A DNA stretch of 64,000 nt from assembly GCA_028717645.1 (NCBI GenBank), contig JAQUNK010000004.1, positions 16,349 through 80,348 on the forward strand, given 5' to 3'. Position numbers and translations under genes: made by a program. This DNA comes from Candidatus Omnitrophota bacterium (GTDB lineage Bacteria; Omnitrophota; Gorgyraeia; Gygaellales; JAMWDD01). Below are positions 57,374 to 64,000 of this stretch, piece after piece. How positions within the stretch are numbered: position 1 is the first letter of the stretch; each line of letters opens with the position of its first letter. The notes below the pieces were generated by a model, which had not been told where the DNA came from, searched no databases, and saw only the letters and a program-made list of their open reading frames with translations.

Positions 57374-58227
57374 TATCCTAATGCCTCATTCAACGCATTA
57401 CGCATGGCCTCTTCGGGCGGCGTAACACCCGTCCATAATTCAAAGGAGCGGATACCTTGATATAAAAGCATGCCCAAGCCATTGGCATACTCCAACTTCT
57501 TCTCTTTTGCTAATTTCAGTAGCTTCGTTTCCTTGGGATTATAGATACAATCGAAAATATACATATTTTTATGCAGGGCATCGGCTTCTATGGGGAGCTC
57601 ATCCGTATCCTTCATCCCCGCCCCCGTGGCATTTACCAATAGGTCCGCTATCTTGATGCAATCCGATTTATCTTTTTCCCCTACCCGATAAATCCTGTTA
57701 TCTCCAAAATATTTTTTATAATCGGCTTCTAATCTTAAGGCCTTCTCTTCGTCGATATCCGTAAAGTAGATCTTCTCCGGGCTGCTGCCCAGCGCCATAA
57801 TGATCGCACGCGCCGCACCTCCGGCCCCCAGCACAAAAACTATTTTTTCTTTCGGGTCGAATCTTAGGTCCTTATCCAGGGCCTGGAGGAACCCTGGCCC
57901 GTCGGTATTTTCCCCGATCAATTTACGCTCTTTGCCTTCTTCCTCAATGATGATGGTATTCACTGCGCCGATCTTTGCCGCGTTTTCGGAAAGAGAGCCT
58001 TTTAATAAATCGTGCACAGTTACTTTATACGGGATGGTCACATTCAGGCCGGAGATCACGGAACGAGGCTTTTTTATCTGGGCAATAAATTTCTCCAGCT
58101 CTTGCTCCGTCTTATCGAACAACTGGTATTCCGCATCCATGCCCAGCGCAATAAATGCAGCATTATGCATGCTTGCAGAAAGGCTGTGTTTTACCGGATG
58201 GCCTATGAGCCCGTAGATCTTTTTCAT
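57373..58227 (-). CDS. aroE: Shikimate dehydrogenase
   Basis: IGHPVKHSLS and GAGGAARAI motifs. Confidence 0.85.
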   Translation of the reverse strand: MKKIYGLIGHPVKHSLSASMHNAAFIALGMDAEYQLFDKTEQELEKFIAQIKKPRSVISGLNVTIPYKVTVHDLLKGSLSENAAKIGAVNTIIIEEEGKERKLIGENTDGPGFLQALDKDLRFDPKEKIVFVLGAGGAARAIIMALGSSPEKIYFTDIDEEKALRLEADYKKYFGDNRIYRVGEKDKSDCIKIADLLVNATGAGMKDTDELPIEADALHKNMYIFDCIYNPKETKLLKLAKEKKLEYANGLGMLLYQGIRSFELWTGVTPPEEAMRNALNEALG

Positions 58228-58670
58228 TGTCTAGAAAAAATCATCTTCCAGAAAGCTTCCCATTGTGCATCTTGAAAATAGGAAAAAGGATTGGGGTATT
58301 TTACACTTAGTTCTTGCTGCATTTCTTCCTGGTCAAGCTGCCGGCAAAGCGGAATGAAACTCGGGCCTTCGGGATTTTCCTTGGAATATACCCCATAAAT
58401 GATCTTCCAGAATTCCTCCCAGTCTCTAACGCCGAAACTCATGAATGGCTCGCCGACATACATCTTTAGGGAATCTTCTTTCTGCATGCGGTTGCCGAAG
58501 AATTTCCTCGGTGGATCCATCTGCGTCTGGATATTTGTGGTGACGAGAGAAATAACGCGGGAAAAGTTGCTTAAAGCGTATTCTAATTTATCTTTCTGGG
58601 TGACCATCAAGAATAAGACTAGGCCCGCAAAAAGCAGAAAGATTCTCGGTAAGAGTTTCTTTAAGAACAT
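58224..58670 (-). CDS. Hypothetical membrane-anchored protein
   Basis: 148 aa with an N-terminal TM helix, sitting between leuA and aroE with overlapping stops and starts. Confidence 0.4.
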   Translation of the reverse strand: MFLKKLLPRIFLLFAGLVLFLMVTQKDKLEYALSNFSRVISLVTTNIQTQMDPPRKFFGNRMQKEDSLKMYVGEPFMSFGVRDWEEFWKIIYGVYSKENPEGPSFIPLCRQLDQEEMQQELSVKYPNPFSYFQDAQWEAFWKMIFSRQ

Positions 58671-60175
58671 TAGAATTCGGCTATTTTATTTATGGCGTTA
58701 ATGTAGGCGCGCACAGATGCCTCGATGATATCTGTGCTGGAGGCAGAGGCGTTGATTTCTTTACCACCTGACTTCAGTTTCAGGCCGACTTCACCCAATG
58801 CGTCTTTACCCTGGGTGACGCCCTGCAGGCGGTAATCCAGCAACTGTAATTTTATGCCGGTGATCTTATCGATCGCCTTATAACAGGCGTCCACCGGGCC
58901 GTCACCTGATGAAGTAGCGATGAAATGTTTGCCTTTTTTCTTCAGCTCGACCGTCGCCGACGGCCTGATCGCAGAACCGGAGGTCACCACGAAATTATCC
59001 AAGTGCCAGGTTTCCGAAACGGTCTTGATCTGGTCCTCGACGATAGTGATCAGGTCTTCATCAAAAATGTTTTTCTTTTTGTCGGCTAATTCTTTAAAAC
59101 GCACAAACGCCTTTTGCAGCTGGGTCTCATTAAGCTTAAAACCCAATACCTTTAATCTCTGCGAAAAGGCATGGCGTCCTGAATGTTTTCCCAAAACCAG
59201 GCCCGTTCCGGTAAAACCCACGTCCTCCGGCCGGATGATCTCATAGGTAGAGCGCTCCTTTAATACGCCGTCCTGGTGTATACCTGACTCGTGCCTGAAG
59301 GCATTGCCCCCGACGACGGCCTTGTTCGGCGCCACCACAAATCCGGTTAATTTGCTTACCAATTTTGAGGTCTTATAGATCTCGGAAGCCTTAATGGAAG
59401 TCTGGATACCCGGAAAAAGGTCCACTCTTGTTTTTACGTTCATCACTATCTCTTCCAAAGATGCATTGCCTGCGCGTTCACCAATGCCATTGATAGTGCA
59501 TTCTGCCTGCCGCGCGCCTTTCCTTATCGCAGCCAGGGAATTGGCCACGGCCAGGCCCAGATCATTATGGCAATGCACGGAGATGACCGCTTTTTCGATA
59601 TTCGGAACATTGTTCTTGATATCTTCGATCAGATCCGCAAATTCATCGGGCTCGGTGTAACCGACGGTATCGGGAATATTTATCGTAGAGGCGCCGGAAT
59701 TGATCACCTCTTCAATTACCTTAAAAAGAAAATCCCTCTCCGAACGCGACGCATCTTCCGGGGAAAATTCTATGTCAGAACATTTCTTGCGTGCATATTT
59801 GACACTCTCCACTGCCAAACGCAATATTTCTTCCTTTGCCTTTTTTAATTTATACTGCATATGGACCTTGGAAGTAGCGAGAAATACATGGATCCGCGCG
59901 CGCGCCGCCGGCCTTGTGGCCAGGTACGCCGCATCCATATCCGCTTTTATCGCGCGGGCGAGGCCGCAGATCACCGGGCCCTTGATGTGCCTGGCGATCA
60001 TCTCTACCGCCGCGAAATCTCCGGGAGAGGCAATGGGAAATCCTGCCTCGATCACATCTACGCCCAGGACCTTCAATTGCTGGGCAACCTCCAATTTCTC
60101 GGCTTTGTTGAGGCTGGCGCCCGGCGCCTGTTCTCCGTCGCGCAGAGTTGTGTCAAATATGATTAATTTTTCCAT
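58670..60175 (-). CDS. leuA: 2-isopropylmalate synthase / (R)-citramalate synthase
   Basis: [11 protein letters not shown] and [12 protein letters not shown] motifs, with a LeuA-dimer C-terminal domain. Confidence 0.85.
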   Translation of the reverse strand: MEKLIIFDTTLRDGEQAPGASLNKAEKLEVAQQLKVLGVDVIEAGFPIASPGDFAAVEMIARHIKGPVICGLARAIKADMDAAYLATRPAARARIHVFLATSKVHMQYKLKKAKEEILRLAVESVKYARKKCSDIEFSPEDASRSERDFLFKVIEEVINSGASTINIPDTVGYTEPDEFADLIEDIKNNVPNIEKAVISVHCHNDLGLAVANSLAAIRKGARQAECTINGIGERAGNASLEEIVMNVKTRVDLFPGIQTSIKASEIYKTSKLVSKLTGFVVAPNKAVVGGNAFRHESGIHQDGVLKERSTYEIIRPEDVGFTGTGLVLGKHSGRHAFSQRLKVLGFKLNETQLQKAFVRFKELADKKKNIFDEDLITIVEDQIKTVSETWHLDNFVVTSGSAIRPSATVELKKKGKHFIATSSGDGPVDACYKAIDKITGIKLQLLDYRLQGVTQGKDALGEVGLKLKSGGKEINASASSTDIIEASVRAYINAINKIAEF

Positions 60176-60193
60176 GATCCTATCTTTTTTTAT

Positions 60194-61231
60194 TTACGCT
60201 TTCTTCATCCAGGGCATCATTTCGCGCAGGCGCTTCCCCACTGACTCGATCAGATGCTCATCCTGTTCCTTCAATATTTTATTGAAGTTCGGCCTGCCCT
60301 TTTCGTTCTCCTGGATCCATTCCTTGGCGAATTTTCCGGTTTGTATCTCATCCAGGATCTTTTTCATTTCCCGGCGGGTGCGGTCGGTGATCACCCTGGT
60401 GCCACGGGAAAGATCGCCGTAACAAGCGGTATTGGAAACCCTGCGCCGCATTCCGCTAATACCGAATTCCTGGATCAGGTCGGTGATCAATTTCAATTCG
60501 TGCAGAACTTCAAAATAGGCGATCTCCGGCTGATACCCGGCTTCTACCAGTGTATCGAATCCGGCCATGATCAGCTGCGTTACCCCGCCGCAAAGCACGG
60601 CCTGTTCGCCGAAGAGGTCGGTTTCTGTTTCTTCCTTAAAAGTAGTTTCGATCACGCCGGCCTTGGTAGCACCCAGCCCTTTTGCATAGGCCAGGGCGAG
60701 CTTCTTGGCATTGCCCGACGCATCCTGGAATATGGCCAATAGCGACGGAACGCCTTTGCCCTCTTCAAACATCCTTCTCACCAAAGCGCCCGGGCCCTTA
60801 GGAGCGATCATAAAAACATCCACATCTTTGGGCGGGACGATCTGTTTAAAATGGATATTGAACCCGTGTGAAAACACCAGGGCCTTACCTTTTTTCAGGT
60901 TGTGCTTGATAGATTCTTCGTAAACCTTTGCCTGGACATGGTCCTGGGTCAGGATCTGGATAATATCCGCTTTGGCCGCCGCTTCTTTGGCACTTACCGG
61001 CTTAAATTTATCCTTGATCGCCTGTTCATAATTGGGTGTGCCTTCCAGTTCGCTGACCAGCACATCCACTCCGCTGTCGCGTAAACATAGGCTCTGGCCC
61101 CTGCCCTGGATCCCATAGCCGATAATGGCTACCTTTTTCCCTTTTAAGACGCCCAGGTCCGCGTCCTTGTCGTAGTAGATCTTGATCATTTTATCCTCCA
61201 TTTCAAATTCGGCCGGCGGGCTTACGTTCAC
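60194..61231 (-). CDS. ilvC: Ketol-acid reductoisomerase (true start possibly the internal MIKIYYDKD codon near 61189)
   Basis: IYYDKDADL… [10 protein letters not shown]. Confidence 0.9.
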   Translation of the reverse strand: MNVSPPAEFEMEDKMIKIYYDKDADLGVLKGKKVAIIGYGIQGRGQSLCLRDSGVDVLVSELEGTPNYEQAIKDKFKPVSAKEAAAKADIIQILTQDHVQAKVYEESIKHNLKKGKALVFSHGFNIHFKQIVPPKDVDVFMIAPKGPGALVRRMFEEGKGVPSLLAIFQDASGNAKKLALAYAKGLGATKAGVIETTFKEETETDLFGEQAVLCGGVTQLIMAGFDTLVEAGYQPEIAYFEVLHELKLITDLIQEFGISGMRRRVSNTACYGDLSRGTRVITDRTRREMKKILDEIQTGKFAKEWIQENEKGRPNFNKILKEQDEHLIESVGKRLREMMPWMKKA

Positions 61232-61321
61232 CTCGTTTGGCCTTATTTGAATTATACCCTAAAAACCGACCTTGTCAAAAGTATTTCTGGCCCCGCCTAC
61301 TAATCTAAGCTGTATCATCTT

Positions 61322-61478
61322 ATTGCAGCAACGGGTCCTGCCTGCTGGCCCGGGGCGGGTGGCTTGGGCTAATTTCGAGCGGCGTAGCGCAGGCCGAGCG
61401 GGCACGGTGCCCCGCCTCGCTGGGGCGGGGCGCGCGGCCGCGAAAAACAGCCCAAGACAGGCCCTGCCCCCTGCAAGA
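61322..61478 (+). repeat. GC-rich dispersed repeat element, copy B
   Basis: About 75 % identical to 9551..9768. Contains CCCCGCCTCGCTGGGGCGGGG (hairpin, 61410..61430). Weak terminal inverted repeat: TTGCAGCAACGGGTCCTG / CAGGCCCTGCCCCCTGCAA. Confidence 0.6.
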
Positions 61479-61517
61479 AAAAGTCAGACAAAACCCGTTA
61501 GAGAGAAAAAAGCGGGA

Positions 61518-61546
61518 GTTGACAGAAGTAGCAGTCTCAGTTATAC
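61518..61546 (+). promoter_or_regulatory. Sigma70 consensus promoter for tRNA-Leu
   Basis: TTGACA (61518-23), a 17-bp spacer, then TATACT (61541-46). The tRNA begins 17 nt downstream. Confidence 0.7.
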
Positions 61547-61562
61547 TGTGAAAGTTAGATTT

Positions 61563-61648
61563 GCGCGGGTGGTGGAATGGCAGACACGTAGCGTTCAGAG
61601 CGCTATGGGGGAAACTCCGTAAGAGTTCAACTCTCTTCCCGCGCACCA
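61563..61648 (+). tRNA. tRNA-Leu (anticodon CAG)
   Basis: Folded by hand. Acceptor stem GCGCGGG/CCCGCGC; anticodon stem TAGCG/CGCTA with loop TTCAGAG; long variable arm; T-loop TTCAACT; encoded CCA. Confidence 0.85.
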
Positions 61649-61656
61649 AATAGAAA

Positions 61657-61684
61657 AGCGGGCTCTAAAATGAGCCCGCTTTTT
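61657..61684. terminator. Bidirectional rho-independent terminator (tRNA-Leu and ABC-F gene)
   Basis: AGCGGGCTC-TAAAAT-GAGCCCGCT with TTTTT on the plus strand and a T-run on the minus strand. Confidence 0.75.
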
Positions 61685-61701
61685 GTTCCCTGGCGCTCTG
61701 A

Positions 61702-63630
61702 TCAGGTGATAATCTGTTTTTTCGTTTTTTCGATCTCTCTGACGATTTCAGAAATCCGTTTTTTTATCTCGTCGACCCGCAACATATATTCTTCAAGCGA
61801 AGCGTCGTCGCGATAACTACGCGGATTGACGATCGCCCGTTCCTTTGCCGCCCTTTCTAAATTAAGTTCTTCTTTTTCCTTTTCCAGGGCGCCGATTTTC
61901 TTCTTGATGTCGGCATTATGTAGCTTGCGCTTTTCCTTATTTTGCCGCTGGTGCTCCAGCCTCTCGTCTTGCGTTTCTTTTACTATTTCTTTCCAGCTCT
62001 TGATCTCTATCTTGTGTTTTGCTGCCGGCCCTTGGTCGTAAATTTCTCCTTTTTCTTTTTTTTCCAGATAATAATCCAGGTTGCTGACGAATTTCCTCAC
62101 CTGGCCGTTCTTTACCTCAAAAATGACGTTAGCGATAGAGCGCACAAAATAAATGTCGTGGCTGATAAAAACTATTGTTCCGGCATAACTTTGTAATGCC
62201 TTGATCAGGGCGTCTACTGCGTCCACGTCCAGGTGGGTGGTCGGCTCATCAAGCAGGAGAAAATTCGGCGGGTTGATCAGGAGCTTGGCCAGGATCAGGC
62301 GGCTCTTTTCCCCTCCGGAAAGAACCTTCACTTTTTTGTCGGAATCCTCTCCGGTAAATAAAAAAGCTCCCAAAATAGTGCGGATGGCCTCCTGCGCCAT
62401 ATATCCGGGCGCAGCAGAATATGCTTCTTCTAAAACGGTGTTTTCTGCGTTCAACACATCCAGGCGGGTCTGAGAAAAATAACCGATCTCCACGTTATGG
62501 CCGACGGTGCGCTTGCCTGCATCGATCTCCACCACTCCGGCAAGGATCTTTAAAAGGGTCGATTTACCCGCGCCGTTCTCACCGATCAAAACCGCCTTTT
62601 CGCCCTGGTTTATTTCAAAATCAAAATCCTTGTATACCTGTATCTCACCGTAAGATTTGGAGATCTCCTCCAGCCGCATTACGCTATGGCCGCTACGCGT
62701 TGTCGGGGGAAAACGAAAATCGCGGATACTCTCTGCCGTGTCCGGCGGGACGACGATCTCTTCCATTTTCTCCAGGGCCGTGCGCTTGGCGCGTACCGAC
62801 TGGGCCTTGTTCGGCTGGGCGTGGAAACGGGCGATAAAATCCTGGAGCTGCTTACGTTTTTTCTCCTGTTCTTTGAATTGCCTGATAAGGAAAGTGCGCC
62901 TCTCCTCTTTTATTTTTTCAAAGTGCTCGTAATTACCTTCTACTTTAAATATGGCCGCGTTCTCCAGGATAAAGGAATAATTCGTCACTTCATTTAAAAA
63001 GGCCTTGTCGTGGGAGATCATGATGAAGGTGCCTTTAAAATGTGCCAGGTAATCTTTAAGCCACAGGGCGGCGTTCAGGTCCAGGTAGTTCGTCGGTTCG
63101 TCGAGCAAAAGGATATCGTAACGGAAGGTAAGTAGTTTCCCCAGGAGGGCACGCATCTGCCAACCGCCGCTCAATTGAACGATCGGCCGGTTAAAGTCCT
63201 TCTCCTTAAAGCCCAGGCCCATCAAGATCTTTTTGGCCTTGTGTTCCAGTTGAAAATAATCCAATGTCTCTAACTCGTGCAGTAACTCGCCGTATCTTTT
63301 TGAATCCGCGGCATTGGATGCCTCAAGCGTTTCTTTTTCTTTGACCAGCCGCACCACTTTCTCATCACCCGTAGTAAGTTCCCCTAAAACGGTATTTTGG
63401 GATCTGAAACTCGCCTCCTGGGGCAGGTAGCCGATACGCAGATTTTTATTGATATGGACCTCGCCGCTCGTCGGCTCGGTATCACCGCGGATAATGGAAA
63501 AAAGGATACTCTTACCGGCGCCGTTTGGCCCAATGAGGCCGATCTTTTCGCCGCGGGATATAGAGAGGGAAATATCTTTAAAGAGGACCCTTTCACCGAA
63601 ACTCTTGGAAAGGTTATTTATCGTGATCAT
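61702..63630 (-). CDS. ABC-F family ATPase (two NBDs, C-terminal coiled coil)
   Basis: Two Walker A motifs (GPNGAGKS, GENGAGKS), two LSGG signatures, and no TM domain. Confidence 0.85.
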   Translation of the reverse strand: MITINNLSKSFGERVLFKDISLSISRGEKIGLIGPNGAGKSILFSIIRGDTEPTSGEVHINKNLRIGYLPQEASFRSQNTVLGELTTGDEKVVRLVKEKETLEASNAADSKRYGELLHELETLDYFQLEHKAKKILMGLGFKEKDFNRPIVQLSGGWQMRALLGKLLTFRYDILLLDEPTNYLDLNAALWLKDYLAHFKGTFIMISHDKAFLNEVTNYSFILENAAIFKVEGNYEHFEKIKEERRTFLIRQFKEQEKKRKQLQDFIARFHAQPNKAQSVRAKRTALEKMEEIVVPPDTAESIRDFRFPPTTRSGHSVMRLEEISKSYGEIQVYKDFDFEINQGEKAVLIGENGAGKSTLLKILAGVVEIDAGKRTVGHNVEIGYFSQTRLDVLNAENTVLEEAYSAAPGYMAQEAIRTILGAFLFTGEDSDKKVKVLSGGEKSRLILAKLLINPPNFLLLDEPTTHLDVDAVDALIKALQSYAGTIVFISHDIYFVRSIANVIFEVKNGQVRKFVSNLDYYLEKKEKGEIYDQGPAAKHKIEIKSWKEIVKETQDERLEHQRQNKEKRKLHNADIKKKIGALEKEKEELNLERAAKERAIVNPRSYRDDASLEEYMLRVDEIKKRISEIVREIEKTKKQIIT

Positions 63631-63697
63631 TTAGAGAGAAATTACGAAAATGCAGATAAAGCAAGTTCCTGATAACGCCGATAATTCGACCGGCTCT

Positions 63698-63856
63698 AGG
63701 CAGACTGGCTATTCTCTTCTACGAATTTTTTTATCGCGTCGATATTTTCCAGGATCAGCTTTGCCTTGGATACCCCGAAAGAAAAAGGATATTTATCTTC
63801 TTCGTTACGCTTTAAAATAAGGACCGGTTTTCCTTTAAACTCCGTCTTTTCGATCA
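63698..63856 (-). CDS. Possible small ORF (53 aa), not in the provided ORF track
   Basis: Reverse-strand translation MIEKTEFKGKPVLILKRNEEDKYPFSFGVSKAKLILENIDAIKKFVEENSQSA. Reasonable spacing, no known motif. Confidence 0.25.
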
Positions 63857-63870
63857 TTTTATCCTCCCTT

Positions 63871-64000
63871 TGTTAAATGATATGCCAGATAGAACGCTTG
63901 TAATCATCGAGCATCCTATAGGTATTAAAATCAGCACCCGTCGCCACGCAATCGATCATCGTGTCGATCCAGCGCGAACTCAGGTCAACCTTACCCTTAT
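63871..64000 (-). CDS. C-terminal fragment of an alpha-glucan (glycogen/maltodextrin) phosphorylase-like protein
   Basis: Reverse-strand translation ends …DFNTYRMLDDYKRSIWHII*, resembling the phosphorylase C-terminal (…IREYANDIWHI…) region. The gene continues beyond the window. Confidence 0.4.

Noticed and set aside
61272-61649. ORFs 61272..61622 (+) and 61320..61649 (-)
   Set aside because: Same GC-rich repeat artefact. They also run through the tRNA-Leu promoter and gene.
1-64000. Search for CRISPR arrays, IS elements, integrases or phage genes
   Set aside because: No regularly spaced direct repeats, and no DDE transposase, recombinase or capsid-like proteins among the ORFs. The only mobile-looking items are the GC-rich repeats.

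Overview
This 64 kb window looks like chromosome from an anaerobic, probably diderm, uncultivated bacterium of moderate GC (judged by eye). It is gene-dense, and every gene except a SurA-like gene and a tRNA-Leu reads on the minus strand. Listed left to right on the plus strand (so in reverse of transcription order), the content is:

- lipA (partial), a small Cys-rich ORF, panD, an ack–pta fermentation unit with pta split into two ORFs, and trxA.
- A STAS-PilZ fusion, a stand-alone AmmeMemoRadiSam radical SAM enzyme, and a fused membrane/spermidine-synthase protein.
- An AT-rich orphan gene flanked by a GC-rich repeat element that recurs at about 61.3 kb.
- rex with a NapH-like polyferredoxin, and an NfuA-like plus ThiI-like pair.
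- An H+-pyrophosphatase followed by an 11-gene complex-I-like [NiFe] hydrogenase locus.
- A TonB-dependent receptor and a cobalamin salvage operon (btuFCD, cobC, cobU, cobT, cobS), each behind its own cobalamin riboswitch; an MJ0570/Dph6-like PP-loop ATPase sits at the end of the salvage operon.
- An 8-gene operon with type II PKS / aryl-polyene-like logic (KS, CLF-like KS lacking its catalytic Cys/His, ACP, hotdog dehydratase) plus a class-III aminotransferase, a HAD phosphatase, a CrtI-like oxidase and an alpha/beta hydrolase. I rate this the best candidate for an undescribed system.
- porGDAB (PFOR), a Bfr-like protein and a ferredoxin.
- A thiol-redox cluster (TlpA, CcdA, CutA, Grx, flavodoxin).
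- ttcA, pilD, aroE, leuA and ilvC in one run.
- tRNA-Leu(CAG) with a near-consensus promoter and a bidirectional terminator, an ABC-F ATPase, and a partial alpha-glucan phosphorylase C-terminus.

I found no CRISPR array, transposase or integrase.
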